Shown: positions 9,252-21,717, numbered from the stretch's first letter. The stretch: DNA of 64,000 nucleotides from Proteobacteria bacterium UBA5680 (GCA_002420425.1 DIIC01000043.1:26989-90988); one strand, 5' to 3'. A program made the numbers and translations. The notes: generated by a model not told the origin, from the sequence alone.

Positions 9252-10019
9252 CTACTCTTCCTTCGCCCGATTTGCTCTTGTTTTCCTGATACCGAGAAGC
9301 GTTACAGCTGGTCCCGAGGCCAAATAGCCAAAAGAGAGCATAAAAAGAACAACCGGAGGATCAAATGAGATCAACATAAATACGAAGACAAGTACGATAA
9401 GGGCCATAAAAGGAACCTTTCCCCTGGCATCAAACTCCTTAAAACTGCGATATCTCAGATTACTCACCATTGCCAGGCCTGAAGAAACAGTCAGGACGAG
9501 TGCAAACCACCCCATTGTCTTGTCACTCCAATCTATATCGGTACCAAGCCAAACGAAAGTGGCGATTACAGCGGCGGCGGCTGGACAGGGCAGCCCCTGA
9601 AAATAGCGTTTGTCTTTTGCCGGTTGCACATTAAACCGGGCGAGGCGCAATGCCGTTGTTGAGACATAGAGAAAAGCACAGAGCCAGCCAATCTTGCCAA
9701 AGCCAAAGAGGGCCCACTGATAAACCACCAGTGCCGGAGTCAAACCAAATGCAACCACATCCGCCAGGCTGTCATACTCTTTTCCAAAATCACTCGCAGT
9801 ATTGGTCAATCTGGCAACCCGCCCATCCAGACCATCCATGACGAGGGCGATAAGAATGGCAATTGCGGCTACCGAAAAATCTCCATGAATAGCCCGGATG
9901 ACCGCATAGAAAGCGGCAAACAGCGTTGCAGTGGTGAACAGGTTGGGAAGAATATAGATTCCCCGCCGTCGGCCCTTTTTCTGGCCGACCGGAGTTTCTG
10001 GATTGGGTGGCATAGTCAT
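9252..10019 (-). CDS. pssA: CDP-diacylglycerol--serine O-phosphatidyltransferase
   Basis: CDP-alcohol phosphatidyltransferase motif DGLDGRVARLTNTASDFGKEYDSLADVV in a polytopic protein. Confidence 0.9.
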   Translation of the reverse strand: MTMPPNPETPVGQKKGRRRGIYILPNLFTTATLFAAFYAVIRAIHGDFSVAAIAILIALVMDGLDGRVARLTNTASDFGKEYDSLADVVAFGLTPALVVYQWALFGFGKIGWLCAFLYVSTTALRLARFNVQPAKDKRYFQGLPCPAAAAVIATFVWLGTDIDWSDKTMGWFALVLTVSSGLAMVSNLRYRSFKEFDARGKVPFMALIVLVFVFMLISFDPPVVLFMLSFGYLASGPAVTLLGIRKTRANRAKEE

Positions 10020-10046
10020 CAGCAGTTTAAGTCAGAAAAATACCCT

Positions 10047-10700
10047 CTAAATGGATTGAGGCAGGAGTGCAATGATATCACTCCCAGAATAAACCGTGTC
10101 ACCCAGAGAAACCTCGGCCTGAGCACCGAACGGGAGATAGAGATCTACTCTGGAACCGAATCGAATAAAACCATAACGGTCACCGGCTCTCAGTTGATCG
10201 CCGACAGACGAATAACATAATATCCGACGGGCAATCAGACCGGCAATCTGGACAAAAACCACATCACGTCCATTCTCATCCTCGACCCAAACTGCATTTC
10301 TTTCATTCTCCTTTGAGGCCTTATCAAGAACAGCATTAAAGAATTTGCCTGAGTGGTACCAGATCTCTTTTACTCTGCCTCCAACTGGAGTACGATTGGC
10401 ATGAACCGAAAAGACATTCATGAAAATGCTGATTTTGAATGCTTTACGAGAGAGAAAAGGGTCTTCGGCCTCACCCAGAAAGACTACTTTTCCATCTGCT
10501 GGGGCAATGACACCATTTTCAATATCAGGAATGTCTCTATGAGGATCCCGAAAGAACTGAACAACAAAGCCCAGGATCAGCCAAAACGGAGCCGCCATCC
10601 ATGGGCCCGATAACCAATGGACCATTACTGCAAGAAGCAGTGCCAGAAGGCAATGCACCCAACCCTCTCGCGCCAGCAGAATACGTCCTGGGAGTGCCAT
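10047..10700 (-). CDS. psd: phosphatidylserine decarboxylase proenzyme (short form)
   Basis: Self-cleavage region FIRFGSRVDLYLP and an N-terminal membrane anchor. It is adjacent to pssA. Confidence 0.85.
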   Translation of the reverse strand: MALPGRILLAREGWVHCLLALLLAVMVHWLSGPWMAAPFWLILGFVVQFFRDPHRDIPDIENGVIAPADGKVVFLGEAEDPFLSRKAFKISIFMNVFSVHANRTPVGGRVKEIWYHSGKFFNAVLDKASKENERNAVWVEDENGRDVVFVQIAGLIARRILCYSSVGDQLRAGDRYGFIRFGSRVDLYLPFGAQAEVSLGDTVYSGSDIIALLPQSI

Positions 10701-10724
10701 CGGGATGAGGCAATCTACAAAAAA

Positions 10725-11756
<1,032 letters not shown>

Positions 11757-11855
11757 TTAGTTGCAGGAAAATTAATCCTGCGTCAATAATTAAATGGAAC
11801 CCTGATACCTGTGTGCGCTTCTGCTGCTCAATTAATGCTGCCAACGCCAATTCCA

Positions 11856-12347
11856 CTAAACGCGAAGGGATCGATCCCCCCGAGCCACACCAGAAACCCC
11901 TGATCGGACAACTTCAATTATTTCAGTTATCCCAAGAGCACTGATAAATGCATTCAATTTCTCACTTGTCCCTGTCATCTCTATGATGTATTGCGCCTGA
12001 CCCACATCCAGGATGCGTCCACGGAAAATATCAACAATACGTTTCACCTCTTCCCTGGATTCACCAACCGCCTGAACCTTGACCAACATCAGTTCTCGCT
12101 CAATATGGGAGCCCTCTGTCAGATCCATCAGGCGCACAACATCTACCAGCTTGTTCAGTTGTTTGGTTATCTGTTCGATGACTGAGTCGGCCCCTGATGT
12201 TACCAGAGTCAGGCGTGAGAGCGTTTCATCCTCTGTTGGGGCTACTGACAACGACTCAATATTGTAGCCTCTGGCAGAGAAGAGGCCAGCCACCCTCGAC
12301 AGGGCACCAGGTTCATTTTCCATCAGTATGGAGATGATATGTTTCAT
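11856..12347 (-). CDS. ilvH: acetolactate synthase small (regulatory) subunit
   Basis: ACT domain ILMENEPGALSRVAGLFSARGYNIESLSV. It lies directly downstream of the large subunit. Confidence 0.9.
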   Translation of the reverse strand: MKHIISILMENEPGALSRVAGLFSARGYNIESLSVAPTEDETLSRLTLVTSGADSVIEQITKQLNKLVDVVRLMDLTEGSHIERELMLVKVQAVGESREEVKRIVDIFRGRILDVGQAQYIIEMTGTSEKLNAFISALGITEIIEVVRSGVSGVARGDRSLRV

Positions 12348-12350
12348 AAC

Positions 12351-14084
12351 TCAGGCAAGCTCCCTTTCTTCAGGAATATCTCCAGTACCCGGACTGAGAT
12401 ACATCTCGTTGTGTCCTCCACCTGCAGCAATCATCGGGTAGACATTCTCAGATTGATCGACAATGAAATCGAGGAAATAGAGTTGGCTTCTATCCTGGAT
12501 AGCCTGAAGAAGTGCGCCTTCAACATCACCCGGTTTTTCTATTCTGATGCCCACATGGCCGAAGCTCTCCGCCAAAGAGACAAAATCCGGTAGTGCATCC
12601 ATATAGGAGTGTGAATACCGGCTATCATAGAAAAACTCCTGCCACTGTCGGACCATTCCCATATAGCGATTATTGAGACAGATGAGATTGAGAGGCAGAT
12701 CGAATTGACGACAGGTAGAGAGTTCCTGAATACACATCATGATACTGGCCTCTCCGGTGACACATGCAACCGTTGAGTCCGGATGTGCCAGTTGAACTCC
12801 AATTGCGGCAGGGAGGCCAAAGCCCATCGTTCCAAGACCGCCAGAATTGATCCATCTGCGGGGTTTGTCAAAAAGATAGTGCTGAGCAGTAAACATCTGA
12901 TGTTGTCCAACATCAGATGTGACGAAGGCATCGCCGCCCGTTATCTCACAAAGCTTCTCTACCACAAACTGGGGCTTGATCTGATCACTTGCCCGATCAT
13001 AGCTCAGTGAGTCTTTCTCCCTCCAGGCGTCAATCTGCTTCCACCAGGTAGCAAGGTCATTTGCTTCTGGCTTATCTCCGCGCTGTTTAATCCCCTTTAT
13101 GATCTCTTGTATCACTGTTTTGACATGACCGACAATAGGAACATCAACAGCTACATTTTTTCCTATCGAAGAGGGGTCAATATCGACATGAATAATTTTT
13201 GCGTAGGGAGAGAATTTTGAAACTTCGGCTGTAACCCGATCATCAAATCGGGCGCCTAGCGCCAATAAGACATCGCATTCATGCATTGCCATATTGGATT
13301 CGTAAGTTCCATGCATCCCCAGCATGCCGAGAAATTGTTGATCTGTTGCCGGATAGCCACCCAGTCCCATCAGGGTGCTGGTGCAGGGGTAACCAAGCAT
13401 ACGCACCAGTTCTATCAACTCCTGATGGGCATTGGCCTGAATAATTCCACCACCAAAATAGATTATCGGTCGTTTTGCTGACAGCAGGAGATCCAGAGCA
13501 CGTCTGATCTGTTTTGGATGGCCCTTGTCCCTGGGCGCATAGGAACGCATGGTTATTGATTCAGGATAGAAAAATTCAGTTTTTTCCGCAGTGATGTCCT
13601 TTGGTATATCAATCAATACAGGCCCAGGACGACCTGTTGAAGCAATGTGGAATGCTTTTTTTATTGCCAATGCCACCTGGTCAATATCCTTTACCAGAAT
13701 ATTGTGTTTTACACAGGGACGGGTAATTCCTACTGCATCAACCTCCTGGAAGGCATCATCACCGATGAGTTGTTTGGGGACCTGAGCAGAGAGCACGACG
13801 AGCGGGATAGAATCCATATAGGCTGTGGCAATACCCGTCACTGTATTGGTTACCCCAGGGCCTGAAGTCACGACGACCACCCCTGGTTTTCCAGTTGCCC
13901 GTGCATAACCGTCAGCCGCATGAGTGGCCCCCTGTTCATGTCGGGTCAATACATGCCTTATCTGCTTCTGATGATAGATTGCATCATAGATATGCAACGC
14001 TGCACCTCCTGGATAACCGAAGATCGTATCAATCCCCTCTTCCTGAAGACAGCGAACTAAAATTTCTGCACCCGACAATTTCAC
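12351..14084 (-). CDS. ilvI: acetolactate synthase large subunit
   Basis: ThDP-binding GGLGTMGFGLPAAIG ... NNRYMGMVRQWQ. GTG start with an AAGAGG SD. Confidence 0.95.
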   Translation of the reverse strand: MKLSGAEILVRCLQEEGIDTIFGYPGGAALHIYDAIYHQKQIRHVLTRHEQGATHAADGYARATGKPGVVVVTSGPGVTNTVTGIATAYMDSIPLVVLSAQVPKQLIGDDAFQEVDAVGITRPCVKHNILVKDIDQVALAIKKAFHIASTGRPGPVLIDIPKDITAEKTEFFYPESITMRSYAPRDKGHPKQIRRALDLLLSAKRPIIYFGGGIIQANAHQELIELVRMLGYPCTSTLMGLGGYPATDQQFLGMLGMHGTYESNMAMHECDVLLALGARFDDRVTAEVSKFSPYAKIIHVDIDPSSIGKNVAVDVPIVGHVKTVIQEIIKGIKQRGDKPEANDLATWWKQIDAWREKDSLSYDRASDQIKPQFVVEKLCEITGGDAFVTSDVGQHQMFTAQHYLFDKPRRWINSGGLGTMGFGLPAAIGVQLAHPDSTVACVTGEASIMMCIQELSTCRQFDLPLNLICLNNRYMGMVRQWQEFFYDSRYSHSYMDALPDFVSLAESFGHVGIRIEKPGDVEGALLQAIQDRSQLYFLDFIVDQSENVYPMIAAGGGHNEMYLSPGTGDIPEERELA

Positions 14085-14157
14085 AGATTTTTACCTCTTG
14101 ATCGTTTCTTCCACCGCCCTCTTCGGGACTGATGAAACGAGTAAAAAATGGCGATGT

Positions 14158-14186
14158 AGTATAAACATCGGAGAGGTGTGTGGCAA
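14158..14186 (-). promoter_or_regulatory. candidate sigma70 promoter for ilvIH-ilvC
   Basis: Minus-sense TTGCCA-17 nt-TATACT, with the -35 at 14186..14181 and the -10 at 14163..14158. It lies about 75 nt upstream of the ilvI GTG. I found no leader ORF here. Confidence 0.35.
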
Positions 14187-14221
14187 AGTGCAATCAGGCC
14201 CAAATTCTGATCAAATCCAGC

Positions 14222-15634
14222 CTAGGCGAGTCGCCAGCGTGTAGAGCCGTCCGGCGCGTCCTCAAGGAGGATCCCCCTGCTCAGCAGGTCATCACGGATA
14301 AGATCCGCTTTCTGCCAATCGCGGTCAGCTCTGGCCTGGTTTCGATCAGCCACCAGCTGATCAATTTCAGCTCCATCCACCGCCCCCTCAGCAGCACCCT
14401 CAGAACCCAAAAACCGACCGGGATCCTGCTGTAGGATCCCAAGAAGCGCCCCGAGTGACTTAAGTTCATTTGCGGCACTTTTTGCCTCTCCTCTGCGACC
14501 ATCATCAATCGCCCGATTGACCTCTCTAACCAGCTCGAACAGTGCGGCAAGGGCGCCCGGAGTATTGAAGTCATCTGACATTGCCTGATGAAACTGGCCA
14601 GGTATATCGGCGGCAAGAGATCCTACACTCTCTTTTCTTTGAGTTTTTTCCAGTGCCAGATAGAGTCGGGTTAATGCCGATTTTGCACTTTTTAGTGCGG
14701 AATCAGAAAAATTGAGTGGGCTCCGATAGTGACTTCCAAGAATCATGTAGCGGATTACCTCACCCATCCGCTCCTGGTCATTATCAGTCTTGAGAATTTC
14801 ACGAATAGTGAAGAAGTTGCCTAACGATTTCGACATCTTCTCCTGATCAATCTGAACATAACCGTTGTGCATCCAGAGATTGACAAAATGTTCTCCGCTG
14901 GCACTTTCACTTTGTGCGATCTCATTTTCATGGTGGGGAAACTGCAAATCCATACCCCCTCCATGGATATCAAAATGGTTCCCCAGGCAGTGGGTAGACA
15001 TCGCCGAACACTCAATATGCCAGCCTGGACGTCCTTCACCCCATGGAGATTCCCAGCATGGTTCGCCCGGCTTTGCCCCTTTCCAAAGCACGAAATCAAG
15101 TGGATCCTCTTTTGAGTGATCACGCTCTACCCGTGCTCCAACCTGGAGCTGATCAATGGTTTTTCCAGAGAGCCTGCCATATTGTGGAAATTGTCGTACC
15201 CGATAGTAGACATCCCCATTTGCTGCACTGTAGGCGAAATCTCTCTCTATCAGGGTTGTAATCATCTGCAGGATCTGCCCAATATGAGCAGTTGCCCGAG
15301 GCTCGTCATCTGGAGGCAACACTCCCAGCCAGAGGCAATCTTCATGCATTGCACGAATAAAACGATCTGTTAACTGATTAAAAGGTTCTCCATTCTCAGC
15401 TGCCCGTTGAATTATTTTGTCATCAATATCGGTGATATTGCGGATATATTTTACTTTTAGTCCAGTTGCCCTTAAGTATCTGACAATGGTATCGAAGACC
15501 ACAAGAACACGGGCATGACCCAAGTGACAATAATCATAAACGGTCATCCCACAGACATAAATTCCCAGCTCACCCGCAATCCGGGGAGTCAATTTCTCTT
15601 TACGTCGAGTCAGCGTATTGTAGATTTTTATCAT
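14222..15634 (-). CDS. cysS: cysteine--tRNA ligase
   Basis: Class I signatures CHLGHAR (HIGH) and KMSKS. Confidence 0.95.
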   Translation of the reverse strand: MIKIYNTLTRRKEKLTPRIAGELGIYVCGMTVYDYCHLGHARVLVVFDTIVRYLRATGLKVKYIRNITDIDDKIIQRAAENGEPFNQLTDRFIRAMHEDCLWLGVLPPDDEPRATAHIGQILQMITTLIERDFAYSAANGDVYYRVRQFPQYGRLSGKTIDQLQVGARVERDHSKEDPLDFVLWKGAKPGEPCWESPWGEGRPGWHIECSAMSTHCLGNHFDIHGGGMDLQFPHHENEIAQSESASGEHFVNLWMHNGYVQIDQEKMSKSLGNFFTIREILKTDNDQERMGEVIRYMILGSHYRSPLNFSDSALKSAKSALTRLYLALEKTQRKESVGSLAADIPGQFHQAMSDDFNTPGALAALFELVREVNRAIDDGRRGEAKSAANELKSLGALLGILQQDPGRFLGSEGAAEGAVDGAEIDQLVADRNQARADRDWQKADLIRDDLLSRGILLEDAPDGSTRWRLA

Positions 15635-15800
15635 TTTTCTCAGTGAGAACCCTCAACCCGTTGAAGGTTGGTCTTTGTTTTATGAGGTGAATCGGAATAT
15701 CTTAAACAAATCATTAACAGGGTTGCATCCACAACCAGATCAGAAGTACCGTAAGGTATATTCCAAGCAAATTGAAGGCACCGCAACAGAGATTATTTTC

Positions 15801-16526
15801 ATGTCATCACTCTATTATTTCATTTCTGACCTGCACCTTACACCAGAAAAACCTGATATCCAGGATAATTTCATCCAATTCCTCGACTCCCTGGAGCCAC
15901 AAACTTCGGCACTCTATATTCTTGGGGATCTTTTTGATTACTGGATTGGTGATGACGCAGCACTCCGGCTTGGACACGAGTCGATTATCAAGATCTTGAG
16001 CAAACTCTCTGATCGAGGCACTGATCTCTTTTTTCTACCTGGAAACCGTGATTTTCTCGTCGGCGATCACTTTGCCAAGGAGAGCGGTTGTCATCTCCTT
16101 GATGACCCCTCCCGGGTGATGCTTAATGGCACCTCGATCCTGCTCACCCATGGCGACCTCCTGTGCACTGATGACACGGCCCACCAGAAGTTTCGCAGCG
16201 AGACCCGGAATGCCGATTGGAAGAACCACTTTCTTGAGCTTCCCATTGATCAACGGCAGAAATTTGCGCTTGATCTTCGATCTCAAAGTAAAGATCTGAA
16301 ACAGAAAAAGCCAAGTTTTATCATGGATACAAATCAAAATAGTGTTGAAGAGATCATGCTGGATAATGGGGTTCACACCCTTATCCATGGACACACTCAT
16401 CGGCCAGAAACCCACCATTTTGACCTTGATGGCTCACCAGCGACCCGAATGGTGCTGGGAGACTGGTCTCCTGAAGCCAGTTTTATCCGACTCGATGAGA
16501 GCGGCTTTTTCCTGAAGAAGGCTTAA
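15801..16526 (+). CDS. lpxH: UDP-2,3-diacylglucosamine diphosphatase
   Basis: Calcineurin-like motifs ISDLHL, GDLFDYWIGDD, GNRDF and HGHTHRP. ATG 15801 is used. The track TTG at 15675 adds a non-homologous 42-aa extension. Confidence 0.9.
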   Translation: MSSLYYFISDLHLTPEKPDIQDNFIQFLDSLEPQTSALYILGDLFDYWIGDDAALRLGHESIIKILSKLSDRGTDLFFLPGNRDFLVGDHFAKESGCHLLDDPSRVMLNGTSILLTHGDLLCTDDTAHQKFRSETRNADWKNHFLELPIDQRQKFALDLRSQSKDLKQKKPSFIMDTNQNSVEEIMLDNGVHTLIHGHTHRPETHHFDLDGSPATRMVLGDWSPEASFIRLDESGFFLKKA

Positions 16527-16555
16527 ACAGCAGACCCTGCCCTCCTGGTTCAGAG

Positions 16556-18076
16556 CTACTGACAGGCATACACCTCGGTATTATCAAGTTCATTCTGCTT
16601 CTGATCCGACTTTACTGAATCACGCCGGGAGTTCTCAACCCTCTCCAGGTATTCACTGCCTACATCCCCGGTTAGATAGATACCATCAAAACAGGAGGTC
16701 TCATACTCAGTGATTGAAGCATTACACTCCCTGACAGAAGCGACCAGATCCTCCAGATCTTGATAGATCAGCTTGTCCGCTCCAATCTCAAGAGCAATCT
16801 CATCTACTTCTCGATTATGGGCAACAAATTCCTCGGAGCATGGCATATCGATTCCATATACATTGGGATAGCGGACAGGAGGTGCCGCTGAGGCGAAATA
16901 GACCTTTTTGGCACCTGCATCCCTCGCCAACTGAACAATCTGTTTTGAAGTCGTCCCCCTGACAATTGAGTCATCAACCAGCAAAACCGCTTTTCCGGCA
17001 AATTCCTGATCGATGACATTTAGTTTCTGCCGCACCGATCGTTTTCTCTCTGCCTGGCCTGGCATGATGAATGTCCTGCCCATATATCGGTTTTTGATAA
17101 AGCCTTCACGATAGTTAACCCCAAAGGCGTAAGCCATCTGCAAAGCCGCAGTACGACTTGTATCAGGAACCGGAATGACCACATCGATTTCGTAGTCTGG
17201 CCACTCTCGGAGCACCTTTTTTGCCAGTCGCTCACCCATATTCAGACGGGTGCGATGAACTGGAATATCATCAATGATTGAATCGGGTCTTGCCAGATAG
17301 ACAAACTCAAATATACATGGATTATGAGAAACCTCTTCAACACACTGATGAGAGTGGACGTTCCCCTTAAGATCAATGAAGAGTGCCTCACCCGGTCGAA
17401 TATCACGTTCGATCTGATACCCAAGAACATCCATCGCAACACTCTCAGAAGCAACCAGGTGTGAAACCCCTTTGTCATCATTCATGGTTCCATAAATCAA
17501 TGGTCGTATTCCATACCGATCCCTGAAAACCAGCAACCCATAACCAACAATCAGTACCACTACCGCATAGGCGCCATGACATCGTTCAAAGACACCCCTG
17601 ACAGATCTAAAAAGGTCTTCCGGGGTCAACTCTGTTCGACCTCCACCCATAACCTCATGGAGTTCATGGGCAAGTACATTCAATAAAATCTCAGAATCAG
17701 AGCTGGTGTTCAGCTGCCTTAAGCCTTCTTGAAAAAGTTCATTGCGAAGATGGTCAGCATTGGTCAGATTGCCGTTATGACCGAGTGCCAATCCAAAAGG
17801 GGAGTTAACATAGAAAGGTTGGGCTTCTGCTTTGGAATCTGATCCTGCGGTAGGATAGCGGACATGGCCGACCCCCATATTGCCCTTGAGCTGAACCATA
17901 TGGCGATTATGAAAGACATCACGTACCAGCCCATTGTCTTTTCGCAGATAGACCTGACGTCCATCACTGGTCAAAATGCCGGCAGCATCCTGACCGCGAT
18001 GCTGAACGACCGTCAGTGCTTCGTAGATTACCCTATTAGCGGGATGAGGGCCCACCAGCCCAACAACGCCACACAT
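16556..18076 (-). CDS. purF: amidophosphoribosyltransferase
   Basis: N-terminal MCGVVG (Ntn Cys) and the PRPP loop VLLVDDSIVRGTT. Confidence 0.95.
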   Translation of the reverse strand: MCGVVGLVGPHPANRVIYEALTVVQHRGQDAAGILTSDGRQVYLRKDNGLVRDVFHNRHMVQLKGNMGVGHVRYPTAGSDSKAEAQPFYVNSPFGLALGHNGNLTNADHLRNELFQEGLRQLNTSSDSEILLNVLAHELHEVMGGGRTELTPEDLFRSVRGVFERCHGAYAVVVLIVGYGLLVFRDRYGIRPLIYGTMNDDKGVSHLVASESVAMDVLGYQIERDIRPGEALFIDLKGNVHSHQCVEEVSHNPCIFEFVYLARPDSIIDDIPVHRTRLNMGERLAKKVLREWPDYEIDVVIPVPDTSRTAALQMAYAFGVNYREGFIKNRYMGRTFIMPGQAERKRSVRQKLNVIDQEFAGKAVLLVDDSIVRGTTSKQIVQLARDAGAKKVYFASAAPPVRYPNVYGIDMPCSEEFVAHNREVDEIALEIGADKLIYQDLEDLVASVRECNASITEYETSCFDGIYLTGDVGSEYLERVENSRRDSVKSDQKQNELDNTEVYACQ

Positions 18077-18171
18077 CGTTCAGCACTCCTCGCTGTTAGT
18101 GAATGAACCTCTGACTGAATCAGAAGTTCCTGTGGCAAATAGACTTGTCTTTAAATAAAGTAGAGAAATCA

Positions 18172-18690
18172 CTACTCCCCTTTAATGGTCTTTGGCAAGT
18201 CTTCTGGAATGAACTCAGCAAGGATTTCAACAACGGGATCAAGGTAACCCGCCAGTTGTGATGTCTCCCACCGGGAGACATCAGACCATCCAACTGTACG
18301 ACTAATAATGACAAAAAACCCGAGGAGCAGAACCCCACGCCCAAATCCAAAAATCAGGCCCAGCACTCGATCTATTCCTGTAATACCTGTTGAAGACATC
18401 AATCGATAGATCAGATGACTGATAATTGAGATTAACAGCAGAGTGGCCACAAAGATGAGCGCAAAGGCCGCTATCTGCTGGTACATCTGATTGTCAATTA
18501 TTCCGTCAAACCAAGAGATAATATCGAGGCGATAGTTAAATGCGGCAACAAATGCAAGAATCCAGGAGACCAGGGAGAGGGTTTCGCGAATGAACCCTCG
18601 AAACAAACCGATTATTGCAGAAAAGAGAATAACCCCGATAATCACAAGGTCAAAAATATCGAGTGGCATTTTTATCATTGTTAAATCCAT
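18172..18690 (-). CDS. cvpA: colicin V production protein CvpA family membrane protein
   Basis: Four TM helices and a GLFRGFIRE motif. Its position upstream of purF matches E. coli and Pseudomonas. The true start may be M8 (18669). Confidence 0.8.
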   Translation of the reverse strand: MDLTMIKMPLDIFDLVIIGVILFSAIIGLFRGFIRETLSLVSWILAFVAAFNYRLDIISWFDGIIDNQMYQQIAAFALIFVATLLLISIISHLIYRLMSSTGITGIDRVLGLIFGFGRGVLLLGFFVIISRTVGWSDVSRWETSQLAGYLDPVVEILAEFIPEDLPKTIKGE

Positions 18691-18718
18691 TTTAAATTTG
18701 ATCTAACAATAAAGAGTG

Positions 18719-19411
18719 TTAGCGTTTTTTGACAAGGACTTTTTCCCCGGACTGTTTCTGGTACTTTTTAGCTACTGCATCAGCGGCCTTTTCAGTTGGA
18801 TAGGGACCAATCCAGACACGGTCAACCTCTTTACCCTGGTACAATATCTGTGAGACTGATCCTCTCAATCCCTCTTTCTTTAGTTTGGCAAGGGTGCGAT
18901 TAGTGTTTTCTCTCTTTCCATAGAGACCGATCTGTATAATCCACTCCCCCTCAACTGATCCATCTCTAGTGATTGTTGTCGATGCTGATGGGGTTGGCGC
19001 GGGCTTCTCCCCAACTGATTGCTCTAATTCAGCTGATTTGGGTTTCTGAGTCGAATCAGGTTTGTCGATTGATAATTCGGCAACTGATATTTTGCCCCCT
19101 TCAATAACATCTTCCTCCTGGTTTGCCGGTGATTTCTCCAACACTGCCTCCACTGCAGTTTGTTGACTCTTTTTTGTTTCAGTGGGTTTAACGACCGGCC
19201 TGATGGTGGAAACAAAGACCTGCTTTTTCTCTGAGGACTGGAGATTATTGCCTGAGCTTGACTCATTCAAACTCTTTGCTGTGAGTTCCTGTCGGTTACC
19301 ATCAAGAATCATTGGAAGGAATGAAATAGTGAGCACAATAAGAATAATCGCACCGACAATTCGATGTTTGAATTCAAATTCAGGTGTTTTATTTTGGGTG
19401 CTATTGGGCAT
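18719..19411 (-). CDS. SPOR domain-containing cell division protein (DedD-like)
   Basis: N-terminal TM helix, a low-complexity linker and a C-terminal SPOR-like segment (WIIQIGLYGKRENTNRTLAKLKKEG ... VWIGPY). It occupies the folC-dedD-cvpA position. Confidence 0.65.
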   Translation of the reverse strand: MPNSTQNKTPEFEFKHRIVGAIILIVLTISFLPMILDGNRQELTAKSLNESSSGNNLQSSEKKQVFVSTIRPVVKPTETKKSQQTAVEAVLEKSPANQEEDVIEGGKISVAELSIDKPDSTQKPKSAELEQSVGEKPAPTPSASTTITRDGSVEGEWIIQIGLYGKRENTNRTLAKLKKEGLRGSVSQILYQGKEVDRVWIGPYPTEKAADAVAKKYQKQSGEKVLVKKR

Positions 19412-19434
19412 TAGGCAAGAATAACCTGAAAGCT

Positions 19435-20709
19435 CTATTTTGGCAGGGCGAGTATAGCACCCGCAGTATGAAACGATCCAAATACGACAATTCTGTCGCC
19501 GTCATCAGCTAATTGATGTGCCAATAGATAAGCCTCAGCAACCGATTCACGGCAATAAAGGGGTTTTTTTTCAATGTGCGGCTTGACGACTCGAGCGAGA
19601 AATTCGCTCTCTAATCCCCGAGGATCATCAATACCGGCAACAATCCAAAGATCAATTGAGTCGCCGATCGCCTTGACCACCTCTTCTATCGCCTTATCCC
19701 TAAGCATTGAGAAAACAGCCACTGTCCATCGCTTATGTCTTTCCTGCAGGAAACAGGAGAGCTGTTTTGCCGCATCCCGGTTATGAGCTACATCAATAAT
19801 GACTTCAGGAGAGTGGGAGATGATTTCCAGACGCCCCCTCAGTGAGGCTGTTTTCAACCCCTGGATAATGGCACTGCGACCAACCGGAATCTCCTTCGAA
19901 ACTGTCGACAACAGTGCAACCACAGCGGCGCTATTCCCAATCTGGTGTTCGCCTGACAGGCCCGGCCTGGGGATAACATCACTCCCCTTTAGCCCCCAGG
20001 GGTTCTCACCTGAAGACCACCATTGCCATCCTCCCTCAACCAATGAATAGCCATAATCCTTGTCTACCTGCCATAAAGAGGCTCCGATAGTCTCAGCCGT
20101 TTGATGGATCGTTACCGGGGGATCCGGATCGGCACAAACGGCGGGTTGTCCCGGGCGAAACACGCCTGCTTTTTCACTCCCCACCTCTTCTCGGGTTGTG
20201 CCTAAAAGAGCTGTATGGTCAAGGCCTATACTGGTTATCAAAGCCGCATCGGCATCAACCGAGTTGACTGCATCCAATCGCCCTCCAAGGCCCGTCTCCA
20301 GAATGGCAACATCAATCTTTTGAGTACTGAAGAGATTGAAAGCGGCCAGCGTTGCAAACTCAAAGTAGGTGAGGGAAGTGGATCCCCTGGCCTTCTCAAC
20401 TGCTCTGTAGGCCAAAACCAGTGCTGAATCAGTTGATTCCTGGCCAGAAACCCTGAATCTCTCATTAAAACGGACCAGATGGGGGGAGAGATAACAACCG
20501 ACGCTGTAACCCGCAGCCACCAATATACTCTCAAGCATGACTACGCAGGAGCCCTTTCCATTGGTTCCTGCAACAGTGATTACAGGAAAGGGAAGCCGGC
20601 CCCCAGGTAATAGTCGTTCAACAACTTCACGGACCCGGTCAAGACCGAGGTCAACTTCAACCGGATGGAGGCTGCTGGTGAAATCAAGCCAATCTTCAAG
20701 GCTGCGCAT
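19435..20709 (-). CDS. folC: bifunctional folylpolyglutamate synthase / dihydrofolate synthase
   Basis: Mur ligase P-loop TVAGTNGKGS at the typical length. Confidence 0.9.
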   Translation of the reverse strand: MRSLEDWLDFTSSLHPVEVDLGLDRVREVVERLLPGGRLPFPVITVAGTNGKGSCVVMLESILVAAGYSVGCYLSPHLVRFNERFRVSGQESTDSALVLAYRAVEKARGSTSLTYFEFATLAAFNLFSTQKIDVAILETGLGGRLDAVNSVDADAALITSIGLDHTALLGTTREEVGSEKAGVFRPGQPAVCADPDPPVTIHQTAETIGASLWQVDKDYGYSLVEGGWQWWSSGENPWGLKGSDVIPRPGLSGEHQIGNSAAVVALLSTVSKEIPVGRSAIIQGLKTASLRGRLEIISHSPEVIIDVAHNRDAAKQLSCFLQERHKRWTVAVFSMLRDKAIEEVVKAIGDSIDLWIVAGIDDPRGLESEFLARVVKPHIEKKPLYCRESVAEAYLLAHQLADDGDRIVVFGSFHTAGAILALPK

Positions 20710-20738
20710 AATTAAACCCTGCCAAGCGTCAATAAGGG

Positions 20739-21695
20739 CTAACCCTCTTCCTTCTCTGGCTCAATCCTGGCTTCTATCACAACTTCTTCGGGTTCGATAT
20801 CAATCACATCAAATGGAATCTCATCAAGAGTTTCAATCTGATCGTCTTTGCTTATCGGCTTGAGAGTCTCGAGAAGCCGGGAGATCTCTTCACGCTGGTG
20901 TCGTCGATCGATGACCATATCGATGGCACCATGTTCAAGGAGAAATTCTGCTCGCTGAAACCCTTCAGGCAGGGTCTGTCGAACAGTCTGCTCAATGACC
21001 CTTGGTCCGGCAAACCCGATCAGTGCTCGAGGCTCAGCGATGATGACATCACCCAACATCGCAAAACTGGCCGAAACACCGCCCATGGTAGGATCGGTTA
21101 ATACTGAGATGAAGGGCAATCTCTTCTTGTAAAGCTGAGTCAGCGCCATGGTGGTTTTTGACATCTGCATCAATGACAACAGAGCCTCCTGCATTCGAGC
21201 ACCACCACTTGCTGAAAAACAGACGAGCGGAACCTGGTCTTCAATACTCTGCCTGACTGCTCTCGCAAAACGCTCGCCAACCACAGAACCCATGGATCCT
21301 CCCATGAAACTAAACTCAAAGGCAGCAACCACCAAAGGGCGGGTCTTAAGCAGCCCCTTGCCAACAACAAGAGCATCTTTCTCGCCACTTTTTTTCTGCG
21401 CTTCACTCAATCGATCACGGTAGCGTCGACTGTCTTTAAACTTCAGAGCGTCAACGGGCCGAACCTGTTCGGCAAACTCACTCAGGCTGTTTTTGTCGAG
21501 GAATAGCTCAAGACGGCGACGGGCACTGATTCTCATATGAAAATCACACTTTGGACAGACATCCTGGTTGCGCTCCAACTCTGCCCGATAGAGAACTCCT
21601 CCACACTCATCACAACGAGTCCATAATCCTTCAGGAACACCCCGTTTGTCCCCAGGTTTGATTTTGGGTGGAATCAGTTTTTCAAACCAACTCAT
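20739..21695 (-). CDS. accD: acetyl-CoA carboxylase carboxyltransferase beta subunit
   Basis: Zn ribbon [26 protein letters not shown] plus a carboxyltransferase core. The C-terminal tail is acidic. Confidence 0.95.
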   Translation of the reverse strand: MSWFEKLIPPKIKPGDKRGVPEGLWTRCDECGGVLYRAELERNQDVCPKCDFHMRISARRRLELFLDKNSLSEFAEQVRPVDALKFKDSRRYRDRLSEAQKKSGEKDALVVGKGLLKTRPLVVAAFEFSFMGGSMGSVVGERFARAVRQSIEDQVPLVCFSASGGARMQEALLSLMQMSKTTMALTQLYKKRLPFISVLTDPTMGGVSASFAMLGDVIIAEPRALIGFAGPRVIEQTVRQTLPEGFQRAEFLLEHGAIDMVIDRRHQREEISRLLETLKPISKDDQIETLDEIPFDVIDIEPEEVVIEARIEPEKEEG

Positions 21696-21717
21696 TTTAT
21701 TGTCTACCTCCAGCCAT

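Noticed and set aside
15675-15800. N-terminal over-extensions in track ORFs (lpxH 15675, oppD to 40421, rnr to 38009, YeiH-like to 63457, dnaQ to 2871, rimI to 6778, ilvC to 11753)
   Set aside because: The extensions lack homology to the family N-termini and overlap upstream genes or the tRNA. Internal ATGs with better SD or alignment were used instead.
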